In this document: in pieces, positions 39,688-51,344 of the stretch
How the letters are laid out: each line of letters opens with the position of its first letter
How positions within the stretch are numbered: the first letter of the stretch is position 1
Assembly (NCBI GenBank): GCA_965205605.1
Contig: CBDBHE010000006.1
Location: 224,001 to 288,000 of the forward strand
DNA: 64,000 bases
DNA from: Spirochaetota bacterium
GTDB taxonomy: Bacteria; Spirochaetota; UBA12135; COTS27; CBDBHE01
Direction: 5' to 3'
Position numbers and translations under genes: made by a program
The notes under the pieces: model-generated
What the model was told of the DNA's origin: nothing
Seen by the model: the letters and a program-made list of their open reading frames with translations, nothing else
The model's database searches: none

Positions 39688-41790
39688 TTGTTTTATAATA
39701 GCATTCGTTTTTTTTTATCGTTTGCTTTTTTATTTTTTTCCCCTTTCTTTCTTCAAGCAGCTGACTTAGAGAAAAAAAATGAAGAAAAATGGTTTTATAA
39801 ATGGGAGAGCCTTCTGTCAGATTTTCAAAGAAAAAGTATTGAAGATTTGATAGATTATCAAAAACTTCATTTCGTTTTCAAAGGAAGTAATATCAATGAA
39901 TTTGAACGAAATATAAAAATTTATAAAAAAAAATACCCTACTTCCCCTTTAACAAAGTCTCTAAATAAGTATCAAATTTTTTTTGATTACAAAAAATTTG
40001 GTATTGAAAAAATTTCTTTAGATAAATATTCAAGCAACGATCTTCTTTTTTTGATTGATTTCACTTCAGATTTATCCACTGAAAATAAAATTGCTTTATT
40101 TGAAAGAATGATCTTACAAAAAGGGAAAGCTAGCTTGCTTTTACCAATTGTTAATCCGCTTTCAAAACTTTATAAAAAACTTTATAAAAAAATAAACTAT
40201 GTTCCAGATTTTTTAAAAGCCAATAAAAAAAATAATTTTTATGAAACCTATGCTTGGTTACTGTTTAAAAATAAACATTATCGAGATAGTCAAGCGTTGT
40301 TTACGTACCTTGATCAAAAAAAACAAAAGGATCATTACTTATATTATATGGGTTACAATCACTATAAGCTACGAAAATATACTCAATCAGTTTTGTTATA
40401 CGAAACATTAATTTCAAAAATTCGTCAAAAAAAAACCAATGAAGTGATTACTAGTTATATGTACCATAACGCTTGTTATTATTATGTAAAAGCTCTTAGA
40501 AGAAATGAAGAGCATCATAAAGCTTTTTTTTTTCTTGAAGACATTATTTATTCTATGAAAATAGAGTTGGAATCTTTTTATAGAGAATATCTTTCTTTAT
40601 CTAAAAAATATTATAAAGAACGCTTTCCTTCTATTTTAATTAAATTTTTAAAAGCTTATCCTAAATCAAAAACAGCTTATCGATATTCAAGATTAAAAGG
40701 AATCGAACATTTGATGAAAGGAGATTTAATTAATAGTTTTTTTTATTTTGATAGGGCTTATGGAGGTTCTAGGGAAAAAGATTTATTGTTTATTAAAAAC
40801 TATTTTTCATCCCCTTCTAATATGAATGGTTTTTATGAAACCAATAAAAGCCCTTTTTATGATCATTTTTTAATTAGTGAATTAATCAATCGAAATGAAA
40901 AACTTAATTTTTTTTATCAAAAAAAGCTTTCCAATGATTCTTTAATTATTTCTAATCTGCTTAAAGGAAATCAAACGGCACTTAATAATATTCGTTTTTC
41001 TTTACACCAAGATAACTTGGAGTCTTATAAAAAAAAGTATTGGGTTAAAAGAGACTTTTTTTTAAAAAAGTATTTATCTAAAGAAACAGGCAATGAAAAT
41101 TATTTTTTTAGAGTTTATGGGTTTTCTGCTTTTGGGCTTCATAAAGAAATTTTAAATGAATTGAAAAAAAAATATAAACCTTATTCTTATGAAATGTTTG
41201 TTTATGAAAAAGTTTTAAGAAATATTAATAAAACTTCTTATCGAAATATTAAAAAATCTATTATTAAAATGCTTTCTTATAAAGAAGAAGTCCATTTATT
41301 TCCAAATGAATTTTTAACAAAAGGGTACCCTTTGTATCGGTATACTTATATTTCATATTTATCAGAGCTTTATCAAGTCCCCGTTTCTCTTATTTATGCC
41401 ATTATTAGAGAAGAAAGCCATTTTCAACCTAGAGCTCTTTCATTTGCAGGAGCTAAGGGTTTAATGCAAATTATTCCAAGTACCGCTAAATATTTAATGA
41501 AAAAAAGTGGGTTAAAAAAGTATTATGCTTTAGATCTTTATAATGAAGAGCTTAATTTACATTTAGGGGTTTATTATCTTTCCAACCTTTTAAAGCGTTT
41601 TAAAGGGAATTATTATCATGTGGTTGCTTCTTATAACGCAGGTGAATCAGCGATTAATCACTGGCTTAAAGAAGATAAAAGAAGTGATAATGTGATTTTT
41701 TCTTTAACGATTCCCTACCATGAAACAGATAAATATGTCAAAAGAGTGATGAGCACTTATTACATTTATAAAAATCTTTATTTCTTTTAA
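39688..41790 (+). CDS. Soluble lytic transglycosylase (Slt70-like, TPR/alpha-helical N-terminus)
   Basis: IIREESHF, GAKGLMQIIPSTA, SYNAG, ETDKYV. Confidence 0.9.
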   Translation: MFYNSIRFFLSFAFLFFSPFFLQAADLEKKNEEKWFYKWESLLSDFQRKSIEDLIDYQKLHFVFKGSNINEFERNIKIYKKKYPTSPLTKSLNKYQIFFDYKKFGIEKISLDKYSSNDLLFLIDFTSDLSTENKIALFERMILQKGKASLLLPIVNPLSKLYKKLYKKINYVPDFLKANKKNNFYETYAWLLFKNKHYRDSQALFTYLDQKKQKDHYLYYMGYNHYKLRKYTQSVLLYETLISKIRQKKTNEVITSYMYHNACYYYVKALRRNEEHHKAFFFLEDIIYSMKIELESFYREYLSLSKKYYKERFPSILIKFLKAYPKSKTAYRYSRLKGIEHLMKGDLINSFFYFDRAYGGSREKDLLFIKNYFSSPSNMNGFYETNKSPFYDHFLISELINRNEKLNFFYQKKLSNDSLIISNLLKGNQTALNNIRFSLHQDNLESYKKKYWVKRDFFLKKYLSKETGNENYFFRVYGFSAFGLHKEILNELKKKYKPYSYEMFVYEKVLRNINKTSYRNIKKSIIKMLSYKEEVHLFPNEFLTKGYPLYRYTYISYLSELYQVPVSLIYAIIREESHFQPRALSFAGAKGLMQIIPSTAKYLMKKSGLKKYYALDLYNEELNLHLGVYYLSNLLKRFKGNYYHVVASYNAGESAINHWLKEDKRSDNVIFSLTIPYHETDKYVKRVMSTYYIYKNLYFF

Positions 41791-41799
41791 AAAAAAATA

Positions 41800-41826
41800 T
41801 TAAGTAATTTTTAATTGTACCGATAT
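41800..41826 (+). promoter_or_regulatory. Sigma-28 (FliA) promoter of flaB
   Basis: TTAA-N15-ACCGATAT versus consensus TAAA-N15-GCCGATAA, about 50 nt upstream of the flagellin. Confidence 0.8.
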
Positions 41827-41842
41827 TTTGTTTAAATAATAA

Positions 41843-41875
41843 CAAGGAAGTTATTTAATTAATCAAGGAGGATTG
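41843..41875 (+). promoter_or_regulatory. Two putative CsrA sites in the flaB leader
   Basis: CAAGGAAG at 41843 and CAAGGAGGATTG overlapping the RBS (ANGGA motifs), as known for hag/flaB leaders. Confidence 0.55.
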
Positions 41876-41876
41876 T

Positions 41877-42749
41877 ATGATAATTAACCACAATTTATCT
41901 TCGATGAACGCTAATAGGGTTTTGTCGATAAATAATGATCGAGTTTCTAAAAGTATGGAAAAAGTTTCATCTGGATATCGTATTAATAGAGCTGGTGATG
42001 ACGCCTCAGGCTTAGCTGTCTCTGAAAAAATGCGTACACAAATAAGAGGACTTTCTCAAGCAGCTAGAAACGCTCAAGATGGGATTTCACTTATTCAAAC
42101 AGCAGAAGGGTATCTTTCTGAATCAACAGCTATTTTGCAAAGAATTCGTGAATTAGCTATTCAAGCTTCTAATGGATCTTATACTTCTGAAGATAGAATG
42201 CAAATTCAAGTTGAAGTGAGTCAATTGATTGACGAAGTTGATCGTATTGCCTCTCATGCAAATTTTAATAACATTAATTTATTGACTGGTAAGTTCGCTG
42301 TTCCAGTAGGAGAAAATCGACCAACGGCTTCTATGTGGTTTCATGTAGGTGCGAATATGGATCAAATAGAATATATCTATATTGGCACTATGAACTCACA
42401 AGGGCTGGGTTTAAAATCAGCTAATAACACAGCTGAAGCAGCTACTTTTATTTCTGTTTCGACTCCTGAAAATGCAAATAATGTTATTTCTATGATGGAT
42501 CAAGCGCTTCAAAAAATTACGAAACAAAGAGCAGATTTAGGTGCTTATCAAAACAGATTAGAGCATGTTTTTAATAGTGTTAAGATAGGTGAAGAAAATC
42601 TACAAGCTGCTGAAAGTCGTATTCGAGATGCCAATATAGCTGAAGAAGTTTCTAAACTTGTAAGAGATCAGATACTCTCTCAAACAGGGCAGTCTATGTT
42701 AGCTCAAGCTAATATGAAAACTCAACAAGTGTTATCACTTCTTCAATAA
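41877..42749 (+). CDS. flaB: Periplasmic flagellar filament core protein FlaB
   Basis: MIINHN start, [46 protein letters not shown]; 290 aa without a large variable domain. Confidence 0.95.
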   Translation: MIINHNLSSMNANRVLSINNDRVSKSMEKVSSGYRINRAGDDASGLAVSEKMRTQIRGLSQAARNAQDGISLIQTAEGYLSESTAILQRIRELAIQASNGSYTSEDRMQIQVEVSQLIDEVDRIASHANFNNINLLTGKFAVPVGENRPTASMWFHVGANMDQIEYIYIGTMNSQGLGLKSANNTAEAATFISVSTPENANNVISMMDQALQKITKQRADLGAYQNRLEHVFNSVKIGEENLQAAESRIRDANIAEEVSKLVRDQILSQTGQSMLAQANMKTQQVLSLLQ

Positions 42750-42771
42750 AGTTTTACACTTTAAACTTTAT

Positions 42772-42818
42772 TTAACAAAAGGAAGTTTTTTTAAAAAGCT
42801 TTCTTTTGTTAAGTTTTT
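42772..42818 (+). terminator. Rho-independent terminator after flaB
   Basis: TTAACAAAAGGAAGTTTTT / AAAAAGCTTTCTTTTGTTAA hairpin followed by GTTTTT. Confidence 0.75.
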
Positions 42819-42851
42819 CTCAAGTATTTTTCTTAATCATTATCTTAATTA

Positions 42852-43979
42852 GTGGCCAGTCTTTATTTTCATATTCCTTTTTGTAAAAAAGCTTGTCATT
42901 ATTGTGATTTTTACTTTACTACCAAATCAGGCTTAATCTCAGTATTGGTACAATCTCTTAAAAAAGAAATTGTTTTAAGAAAAGAAGAAATACAAAAAGA
43001 ATCAATTGATAGTATTTATTTTGGAGGTGGGACGCCTTCTTTGCTTTCTTTGCTTGAAATTGATTCTATTTTAAATCTTATTTTTAAATTATTTTCTGTC
43101 AATAAAAATCCTGAAATTACTCTTGAAGCCAATCCAGAAGATATTACTTTAAAAAAAGCAAAGTTGTTTTCAAAAAGTAGAGTTAATCGATTTTCATTAG
43201 GAGTACAATCTTTTTTTGAAGACGATTTAAACTATTTACATCGGCTTCACACAAAAAATCATTCTGAAAAAGTTATTAAACTTTTGCAAGATGTTGGTTT
43301 AGAAAATATTTCAATTGATCTAATGTATTCGATGCCTACTTTAACAAGTGAAAAGTGGAAAAAAAATCTTCAAAAAATAAAAGATTACCAACTCCCTCAT
43401 TTTTCAGCTTACTCTTTAACCGTTGAGAAAAACACACCTCTTGCGATTGCAATTGAAAAAAATAAAGCATGCTCTCCCAAAGAAGAAGATTTTAAAAAAC
43501 AATTTTTTCTGTTGCTTAATTTTAGTAAAGAAAATAATTATGTTCATTATGAAATATCAAATTTTTCTAAAGAAGATGCGTTTGGAAAGTATAATCTTTC
43601 TTGTTGGTTGGGTAAGACTTATTTTGGTATTGGGCCTTCTGCACATTCTTATTTGGGTAGATTAAGAAAGTCTAATGTTTCTAACCTTTTAGAATATATT
43701 AAAAAAATCAACTTAGAACAGTTGCCTCAATTGAAGCAAGACTTAACAACTAAAGAGCTTTTTAATGAATATATTATGACTCACTTGAGAACAAAGTGGG
43801 GAGTTTCTTTGGAAAAATTAAAGGTTTCTTTTGGGGATTTTTTTTCAAAATATTTTGTTTCCAAAGCAATCTATTGGGTAGACAATGAAATGCTTTTTTT
43901 AAAAGAAAATATTTTTATATTAAGCGATCTTGGGAAATGTTTTGTAGATCGTATTTTATTAGATTTATTTTTTGACTAA
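42852..43979 (+). CDS. hemW: Radical SAM heme chaperone HemW-like
   Basis: LYFHIPFCKKACHYCDF, YFGGGTPS, EANP, SLGVQSF, YEISNF. Confidence 0.88.
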   Translation: MASLYFHIPFCKKACHYCDFYFTTKSGLISVLVQSLKKEIVLRKEEIQKESIDSIYFGGGTPSLLSLLEIDSILNLIFKLFSVNKNPEITLEANPEDITLKKAKLFSKSRVNRFSLGVQSFFEDDLNYLHRLHTKNHSEKVIKLLQDVGLENISIDLMYSMPTLTSEKWKKNLQKIKDYQLPHFSAYSLTVEKNTPLAIAIEKNKACSPKEEDFKKQFFLLLNFSKENNYVHYEISNFSKEDAFGKYNLSCWLGKTYFGIGPSAHSYLGRLRKSNVSNLLEYIKKINLEQLPQLKQDLTTKELFNEYIMTHLRTKWGVSLEKLKVSFGDFFSKYFVSKAIYWVDNEMLFLKENIFILSDLGKCFVDRILLDLFFD

Positions 43980-44094
43980 AACTAAAATTAAGTTATTTTA
44001 ATTTAGATTTTTTATGTTAAACTTATTTAAGAAGTAAAGGGTAATTATTTTAACTTTTTTGAAATGATTTTATGATTTTTTTAGATTAAAAAAA

Positions 44095-46848
44095 ATGGAT
44101 TTTTCTTTTCCTATCATTGATAGTAATAATATTGGTTATTTAGAAAATCTTTACTCAAAATACAAAAACAACCCTAATTCAGTTGATTATTCTTGGCAAC
44201 TTTTTTTTGAGAAAACTGATTTTCAAAATGAAAATAATTATCATTTAAATTCTTTCTCTAATGGAACAGCTGTCTCTAAAAACGATATAGAGGTTGCTGT
44301 TGTCAAACTAATTAAAGGTTATAGAGAGCGAGGTCATTTAGTAGCAGATACCAACCCAATTGATATTGAATTAAAACATCGAGCTGATTTAGAACTTGAA
44401 TATTTTAATTTATCTAAAGAAGATTTAAAAACTCGTTGTATGTCTGCAAGAGAGATAGGAATGAAACCGAGTACTTTAGAAACGATTTTATTTTATTTAA
44501 ATAAAACTTATTGTTCTAAAATCGGTTGTGAGTTTGTTTATTGTCAAGATGAGAGAGTGCGTCATTGGCTTTATAAAGAAATGGAAAAAAGTGCTAACGA
44601 TCCTCAGTTTTCTAGAGACGAAAAAATTAATGCGTTTAAAAAAATTAATGAGACGTATCTTTTGGAGCAATTTTTACAAAAAAAATATATGGGAGAAAAG
44701 CGTTTTTCTATAGAAGGGATTGAGGTTTTAATACCAGCTCTTTTTGAATTAATTGATGTAGGAGCGGAGCTTGGGGTTAAGGAGTTTGTCTTTGGAATGT
44801 CTCATCGAGGTCGGTTAAATGTTTTAGTGAATATTTTTAATAAAACATTTAAGAGCTTGTTTGTTGAGTTTGAAGGAGGGAATTTACCTGAAGGGATTTC
44901 AGCTGATGCAGATGTTAAATATCATTTAGGACAGTCTGCTGATATTAAAACGGTTAATGGTAAAGATGTGCATCTTAGTTTAACGTTTAACCCTTCTCAT
45001 TTAGAAGCGATTAACCCTGTTGTTGAGGGAATTGTTTATGGCAAATGTGAGAAGTATTATAAAGGCAATAAAAATGAGATTGTTCCTCTTTTAATTCATG
45101 GAGATGCGGCTGTAGCAGGGCAAGGAGTTGTTTATGAAACGATTAATATGTCTAGGCTTAAAGGATATGATAATAAAGGGACGATTCATATTGTTTTAAA
45201 TAATCAAATTGGATTTACAGCTGATAAAACAGAAGCTCGATCAAGTCATTATTGTACTGATATTGCAAAAGTTGTTGAGTCACCTATTTTTCATGTAAAT
45301 GCAGATGAACCACTTGCTGTTTTGCATGTCACTCGTTTGGCGATTAAGCTTAGACAAGCTTTTAATATTGATGTTTGGATTGATATTATTGGCTATCGCA
45401 GGCATGGTCATAATGAAACAGACGAACCCCGTTTTACACAACCCATTTTGTATCAAAAAATTGATAAGCATCTTAATGTTAGAGATTTTTTTTTAAAAAA
45501 GCTTTTAAAAGAAAATGTTTTGAGTGAAAATGAAGCAAGAGAAATTTCTGAAGATTACAAAAAATCGTTAATGAATCATTTAGAAAATTTAAAACAAAGT
45601 GAAAACCGAGAATTAAATATTGATCATCTCAAACGTCATTGGATAGGGATTCGATTTTCTGCAGATGAAGATTTTAAAAAGTCAATAAAAACGGGGATCA
45701 AAAGAGAAGTTTTAAATAATATTCATAAGAAAATTTTAGAAGTTCCAAAATCTTTTTCTCTTTTTAAGAAGATGGAAAAGCTTCTTAAACAACGAAGAGA
45801 TCGGTACTTAAAACAAAATAAAATTGACTGGGCCATGGCAGAGCAGTTGGCTTATGGATCGCTTTTAGTGGAAGGGTATAGTGTGAGGCTTTCTGGTCAA
45901 GATTGTAAAAGAGGTACTTTTGCTCATCGACATGCAGTCATTAAAGATATGGACACAGAGGAAGAATATATTCCTTTAAATCATATTCAAGAAGATCAAC
46001 GAAAAATCAGTATTTATAATTCCCTTCTTTCTGAATATGGAGTGCTTGGGTTTGAATATGGGTATTCTTTAGCACGGCCTAAGGCACTAACGATTTGGGA
46101 AGCTCAATTTGGCGATTTTGCTAATGGAGCTCAAATTGTTATTGATCAATTTATTATCTCAGCTAAAAGAAAATGGCTTCGTTTAAGTGGGATTGTTTTA
46201 TATTTACCCCATGGATATGAAGGTCAAGGGCCTGAGCATTCAAGTGCTCGTTTGGAACGGTTTTTAAGTATGTGTGCTAATAATAATATATATGTGGTTG
46301 TTCCTACTTCTGCAGATAATTTTTTTCATCTTATTAGAAGGCAAATTTTAAATGAGTTTCGTATTCCTTTAGTTGTTTTTACACCAAAAAGTTTATTAAG
46401 GCATGAGTGTATTATGGCTTCAGTGGATTGTTTTATTAAAGGAAATTTTTTAGAAGTCATTGATGACAAAACAGCCAATCGAAGTGCAATAGAAAGAGTC
46501 TTACTATGTACTGGAAAAATTTATTATGAATTGCTTAGTTTTCAAAAAGAAAATAAAAATGTTGGGAAGACAGTTGCTATTATTAGAATAGAACAATTGT
46601 ATCCTTTAAATATTGAATTTTTAAAAAAAATTAAAGATAAATATAAAAAAGCAACCAAATGGATTTGGGTTCAAGAAGAACCTAGTAATATGGGTGCTTG
46701 GTCTTATATTAAAAATGCCTTGGGGGATCTATTGTTGCTTAAGTGTATCTCTAGAAAAGAAAGTGCTAGTACGGCTACAGGTATTGCTAAAAGGCATCAT
46801 TTAAATCAAAAGATGATTATTGAAAAAGCTTTTTTAAGTAAAAATTAA
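44095..46848 (+). CDS. sucA: 2-oxoglutarate dehydrogenase E1
   Basis: [48 protein letters not shown]. Confidence 0.97.
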   Translation: MDFSFPIIDSNNIGYLENLYSKYKNNPNSVDYSWQLFFEKTDFQNENNYHLNSFSNGTAVSKNDIEVAVVKLIKGYRERGHLVADTNPIDIELKHRADLELEYFNLSKEDLKTRCMSAREIGMKPSTLETILFYLNKTYCSKIGCEFVYCQDERVRHWLYKEMEKSANDPQFSRDEKINAFKKINETYLLEQFLQKKYMGEKRFSIEGIEVLIPALFELIDVGAELGVKEFVFGMSHRGRLNVLVNIFNKTFKSLFVEFEGGNLPEGISADADVKYHLGQSADIKTVNGKDVHLSLTFNPSHLEAINPVVEGIVYGKCEKYYKGNKNEIVPLLIHGDAAVAGQGVVYETINMSRLKGYDNKGTIHIVLNNQIGFTADKTEARSSHYCTDIAKVVESPIFHVNADEPLAVLHVTRLAIKLRQAFNIDVWIDIIGYRRHGHNETDEPRFTQPILYQKIDKHLNVRDFFLKKLLKENVLSENEAREISEDYKKSLMNHLENLKQSENRELNIDHLKRHWIGIRFSADEDFKKSIKTGIKREVLNNIHKKILEVPKSFSLFKKMEKLLKQRRDRYLKQNKIDWAMAEQLAYGSLLVEGYSVRLSGQDCKRGTFAHRHAVIKDMDTEEEYIPLNHIQEDQRKISIYNSLLSEYGVLGFEYGYSLARPKALTIWEAQFGDFANGAQIVIDQFIISAKRKWLRLSGIVLYLPHGYEGQGPEHSSARLERFLSMCANNNIYVVVPTSADNFFHLIRRQILNEFRIPLVVFTPKSLLRHECIMASVDCFIKGNFLEVIDDKTANRSAIERVLLCTGKIYYELLSFQKENKNVGKTVAIIRIEQLYPLNIEFLKKIKDKYKKATKWIWVQEEPSNMGAWSYIKNALGDLLLLKCISRKESASTATGIAKRHHLNQKMIIEKAFLSKN

Positions 46849-46889
46849 TCTTAATTTTTTTAAATATAAATTTTTTGAATGAGAGCAAT

Positions 46890-48062
46890 ATGAAAATAAA
46901 TGTCGTTGTCCCTAAAGTAGGTGAATCAGTTAGTGAAGCTGATATTGGTACTTGGTATAAAAAAGATGGGGAATATGTTGAAATAGATGAAGAAATTGTT
47001 GAAATAGAAACAGAAAAAGCAACCATGAGTGTTGCTGCTGAAAAATCTGGTACTTTAAAAATCTTAGTAAAAGAAGCAGAGACGGTTAAGATTGGAGATG
47101 TGATTGCTGAAATTGATACAATCAATCATGTTAAAAAAGATCAAGCTTCTTTAAATGTTTCTAAAAAAAAAGAAGATCATCAAGTTTCCTCTCAAAATAA
47201 AGAATATACTAAAGGTTTAGCCAGTCCTGCAGCAGAAAAAATGATCAGAGAAAAAAATATTGATTCTTCAGAAATAAGAGGTACCGGCAAAGCAGAACGA
47301 ATTACAAAGCAAGATGTTAATCATTTTTCTCAGACAGTAAAAGAGGAAGAAAATGGATCTTCTAGAGTGATTAGAAGAGAAAAAATGACGCGTCTTAGAA
47401 AAACCATTGCGAGTAGACTTAAGGAAGTAAAAACACAATCTGCTTTGTTAACAACTTTTAATGAAGTGGATATGTCAGCTGTCACTGAAATAAGAAAAAA
47501 ATATAAAGAAATTTTTAAGAAAAAATATCAAGTTAATTTAGGGTTTATGTCTTTTTTTACAAAAGCAGTCTGTTTGGCATTAAAGCGTTATCCGATTGTT
47601 AATGCTTTTATTGAGAATAATGACATTGTTTATCATGATTATGTTGATGTGAGTATTGCTGTTTCTACCCCAAAGGGCTTGGTTGTACCGGTTTTAAAGA
47701 ATGCTGATAAAAAGAGTTTTCAGGAAATTGAAAAAATGATTAGTTTGATGGCTCAAAAGGGAAAAGAAGGGACTCTTAGTTTAGATGACATGAGTGGGGG
47801 GACATTTACTATTACAAATGGAGGTGTTTTTGGATCCATGTTGTCCACCCCCATTATCAATTACCCACAATCGGCTATTTTAGGGATGCATAGTATTGTT
47901 AAAAGACCGGTTGCTAAAAATGATGAAATTGTGATTGCTCCTGTAATGTATTTGGCTGTAACTTATGATCATCGTTTAATTGATGGTTTAGATGCCGTTC
48001 GTTTTTTAGTTTCCATTAAAGAGCAAATAGAAGATCCTACTCGTCTTTTAATTGATATTTAA
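46890..48062 (+). CDS. sucB: Dihydrolipoyl succinyltransferase E2
   Basis: Lipoyl domain [31 protein letters not shown]. Confidence 0.96.
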   Translation: MKINVVVPKVGESVSEADIGTWYKKDGEYVEIDEEIVEIETEKATMSVAAEKSGTLKILVKEAETVKIGDVIAEIDTINHVKKDQASLNVSKKKEDHQVSSQNKEYTKGLASPAAEKMIREKNIDSSEIRGTGKAERITKQDVNHFSQTVKEEENGSSRVIRREKMTRLRKTIASRLKEVKTQSALLTTFNEVDMSAVTEIRKKYKEIFKKKYQVNLGFMSFFTKAVCLALKRYPIVNAFIENNDIVYHDYVDVSIAVSTPKGLVVPVLKNADKKSFQEIEKMISLMAQKGKEGTLSLDDMSGGTFTITNGGVFGSMLSTPIINYPQSAILGMHSIVKRPVAKNDEIVIAPVMYLAVTYDHRLIDGLDAVRFLVSIKEQIEDPTRLLIDI

Positions 48063-48091
48063 AGTGTAATTTTAAGAATTGTTTAAGTCTA

Positions 48092-49498
48092 ATGAGTTTT
48101 GATTATGATCTTTTGGTAATTGGCACAGGACCAGGGGGTTATGTTGCTGCTATTAGAGCTTCTCAACTAGGGATGAAAGTCGCTTGTATTGAAAAAAGAA
48201 ACACGTTAGGGGGGACTTGTCTTAATGTAGGGTGTATTCCTTCTAAAGCTCTTTTAGAATCTTCAGAATATTATTATCAAGCAAAAAATAAATTTAAACA
48301 TCACGGTATTAATCTTCCTAATATCAATCTTGATTTTCCTAAAATGATGGATAGAAAACAAAAAGTTGTCACTGAAACGGTTAATGGGATTAATTATCTT
48401 TTCAAGAAAAATAAGATTAATCTTTTTAGTGGGATTGCTTCTTTTAAAGATACGCAGACAGTTGTAGTAGTCAGTGGAAAAGAAGAAATTTATATTAAAG
48501 CAAAGAATATTATTATTGCAACAGGTTCTTCAGTTGTTTCACTTCCTTTTTTACCTTTTGACGGCAAGTGTGTGATTTCTTCAACAGAAGCTCTTTCTTT
48601 AAAAAAAGTTCCAAATCATCTTCTTTTAATTGGGGGAGGGGTTATTGGAGTGGAGATTGGGTCTGTTTATGCTCGATTAGGTTGTAAGGTTAGTATTATA
48701 GAGTTTCTTGATAGGTTGATTTTTCCTATGGATAAAGAACTTGCAAAAACTTTAGAAAAAACATTAAGTGAAATGGGAAATATTGATTATCATTTTCAAA
48801 CCAAAGTCATTTCAGGAGAAGTTAAAAACAATCAAGTTGCAATTATAGGGGAGGAGAAAAACGGGAAAAAGCTAACCTTAAAAGGAGATTGTGCACTTGT
48901 TTGTATTGGTCGAAAACCTTGTACGAATCAATTAAATCTTGAAAATATTGGAGTGCAATTAGACGAGAAAGGAAGAATTAAAACAGATGATTGTTTTAAA
49001 ACATCTGTAAGTCATATTTTTGCCATTGGAGATGTGAAAGAAGGGGCAATGTTAGCACATAAGGCTTCAGAAGAAGGAGTGGTTTGTGTGGAAAACATGC
49101 TTGGGCAAAAATCAAAATTAAATTATCGTTCATTGCCATCTGTTGTGTATACTTGGCCTGAGGTTGCATCTGTTGGTAAAAGTGAGGAAGAGCTTACAGA
49201 CTTAAAAATTGCGTATAAAGTTGGCAAATATCCTTTTAAAGCCAATGCAAAAGCTAGAGCAAGTGATGATACAAAGGGATTTGTTAAAATTTTAGCGTCT
49301 AAAGAAACAGATGAGATTTTAGGAGTGCATATTATTGGTCCTAGGGCTTCTGATTTGATTGGGGAGGCGGTTATGGCCATGGAATATCGTTCGTCTGCAG
49401 AAGACATTGCAATGGCTTTTCATGCCCATCCTACTTACTTAGAAGCTTTTAAAGAAGCTGCTTTAATGGCTTCAGCGGGAAGACCGATTCATTTGTAA
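48092..49498 (+). CDS. lpdA: Dihydrolipoamide dehydrogenase E3
   Basis: GTGPGGY, GGTCLNVGCIPSKAL, HAHPT. Confidence 0.97.
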   Translation: MSFDYDLLVIGTGPGGYVAAIRASQLGMKVACIEKRNTLGGTCLNVGCIPSKALLESSEYYYQAKNKFKHHGINLPNINLDFPKMMDRKQKVVTETVNGINYLFKKNKINLFSGIASFKDTQTVVVVSGKEEIYIKAKNIIIATGSSVVSLPFLPFDGKCVISSTEALSLKKVPNHLLLIGGGVIGVEIGSVYARLGCKVSIIEFLDRLIFPMDKELAKTLEKTLSEMGNIDYHFQTKVISGEVKNNQVAIIGEEKNGKKLTLKGDCALVCIGRKPCTNQLNLENIGVQLDEKGRIKTDDCFKTSVSHIFAIGDVKEGAMLAHKASEEGVVCVENMLGQKSKLNYRSLPSVVYTWPEVASVGKSEEELTDLKIAYKVGKYPFKANAKARASDDTKGFVKILASKETDEILGVHIIGPRASDLIGEAVMAMEYRSSAEDIAMAFHAHPTYLEAFKEAALMASAGRPIHL

Positions 49499-49560
49499 TC
49501 GATTTAAAAAAACAACTTAGTATCATCATTTAACTTAGTTTTATTTTTTTAATGAATTTA

Positions 49561-49590
49561 TTGAAATATCAAAAAAAAAAATAGTATAAT
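49561..49590 (+). promoter_or_regulatory. Sigma-70 promoter of the ferredoxin gene
   Basis: TTGAAA-N18-TATAAT with an A11 run in the spacer. Confidence 0.6.
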
Positions 49591-49625
49591 AATAGCGCAT
49601 TTATTTTTTTAAATAAGGAAAAAAA

Positions 49626-49916
49626 ATGGCTTATGTTGTTGGAGAAGCTTGTGTTAATTGTAAATATGGGGACTGTGTAGAGGTTTGCCCTGTTACTTGT
49701 TTTTATGAAGGGGAAAATATGTTATACATCAATCCCGATGAGTGTATTGATTGTGATGCGTGTGTACCAGAGTGTCCAGTAGATGCAATTACAACAGAAG
49801 CTGAAGCAGATCCAAGCTATACCCAAAAAAATGCTGATTTTGATTTTTTAGAAGAAACTCGCCGTACTCAAAAAGATCAGGTAACGAATGGACCTGATTA
49901 TGATCCTAATAAATAA
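49626..49916 (+). CDS. fdxA: 7Fe ferredoxin (FdxA type)
   Basis: [15 protein letters not shown] and [12 protein letters not shown]. Confidence 0.88.
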   Translation: MAYVVGEACVNCKYGDCVEVCPVTCFYEGENMLYINPDECIDCDACVPECPVDAITTEAEADPSYTQKNADFDFLEETRRTQKDQVTNGPDYDPNK

Positions 49917-49979
49917 TATTTTTAATCATTTTTTTAGAAAAGTTATTTTTTTATTTAACTTTATTTCAATTAAAAAAAA

Positions 49980-51338
49980 TTGAAGCAATTTTCTATTTTT
50001 GTTGACGCCCAAGAAAGCCTTCAATTTCTTTCTCAAACGGAAGTAGTAGAATTGCTTGAAAACAAAATAAAGAAGCATGATTTTTTTGATCTTTTTAAAA
50101 ATTGTGCTTTAGCTGTATTGCATTGTGGTAAAAAAAAAAGAGGTGAAATGATCAAAAATGATCAGAATTTCGAAATTGATATTTTACAACAAGTCAAAGG
50201 AATTCAGTTAAAGTTAAGCAATATTCCAAAAGAAGCGTTAGTGGATAATTTGCTTATTGAAGGAGTAAAGGAATTTTTATTTTCTGTTTTAAGAGATTTG
50301 TTTTATTTTTATTCAAAACTCAAGCAAAGGACTCAATTTCACTTAAAGGATTCGGCTAATATTACTAATTTTGTTTTTCATTTTCTTCGCAATGCCAATT
50401 TTTTTAAACCACAAACAACCTCACCTATTATTACTTGTTGGGGAGGAAGTTTGATTAATTTAGAAGAGTATAATTATTGTAAATTGGTGGGGTATGAACT
50501 GGGAATTCGAAAATTTAATATCTGTACAGGTTGTGGACCAGGGAGTATGAAAGGCCCTATGAAAGGAGCTTCTATCGCTCATGTTAAACAAAGAATTAAA
50601 ACAGGACGTTACATAGGAATTAGTGAAATCGCTATTATCACAGAAGAGCCTCCCAATCCTATTGTTAACGAACTTATTGTAATGCCTGATATTGAAAAGA
50701 GGCTTGAAGCTTTTGTGCGTGTCGGCCATGGGTTTATTGTTTTTCCTGGGGGCGTGGGTACTTTGGAAGAACTTTTGTATTTATTAGTGATTCGTTTAAG
50801 TCCTAAAAATAAAAATATTTCTTTTCCTTTAATTTTAACAGGACCTTCTTCAAGTAAAGATTATTTTAAATCTATTGAAAATTTTTTAGAAAAAATGTTT
50901 GGTCAAGAAATTAAACAGTACTATCAAGTGATTGTAGGAGATGCTGAGGAAGTCTCTTATAAAATCAAAAAAGAAATTAATCAAACTTTAGAATTTAGAA
51001 AATCAAATGAAGACTCCTTTAGTTTTAATTGGTCTCTTTATGTCCCTTATGGTCTTCAAGAAACTTTTCATCCTAGCTATGATGAAATAGAAAAAATATT
51101 TATTCATTCTAAGCAAAATAAAATGGAGCTTGCAATTGATCTTAGAAAAATTATTTCTTCTATTGTTGCTGGTAATGTTAAAAGAAATTTTGTTAAAATA
51201 ATATCTGAAAAAGGACCTTTTAAAATTAAAGGAGAAAAAACTTATTTACTTGCGATCAATGAAATCTTAGAAATGTTTACTTTACAAAAAAGGATGCCAA
51301 CTCAAAATAAGACTTTAAGCTATCAATTTGTTTTTTAA
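49980..51338 (+). CDS. ppnN: Nucleotide 5'-monophosphate nucleosidase PpnN (YgdH, LOG family)
   Basis: CWGG, ICTGCGPGSMKGPMKGA, MPDIEKRLEAFVR, PGGVGTLEE, IVAGNVK. Confidence 0.92.
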   Translation: MKQFSIFVDAQESLQFLSQTEVVELLENKIKKHDFFDLFKNCALAVLHCGKKKRGEMIKNDQNFEIDILQQVKGIQLKLSNIPKEALVDNLLIEGVKEFLFSVLRDLFYFYSKLKQRTQFHLKDSANITNFVFHFLRNANFFKPQTTSPIITCWGGSLINLEEYNYCKLVGYELGIRKFNICTGCGPGSMKGPMKGASIAHVKQRIKTGRYIGISEIAIITEEPPNPIVNELIVMPDIEKRLEAFVRVGHGFIVFPGGVGTLEELLYLLVIRLSPKNKNISFPLILTGPSSSKDYFKSIENFLEKMFGQEIKQYYQVIVGDAEEVSYKIKKEINQTLEFRKSNEDSFSFNWSLYVPYGLQETFHPSYDEIEKIFIHSKQNKMELAIDLRKIISSIVAGNVKRNFVKIISEKGPFKIKGEKTYLLAINEILEMFTLQKRMPTQNKTLSYQFVF

Positions 51339-51344
51339 CTTTCT

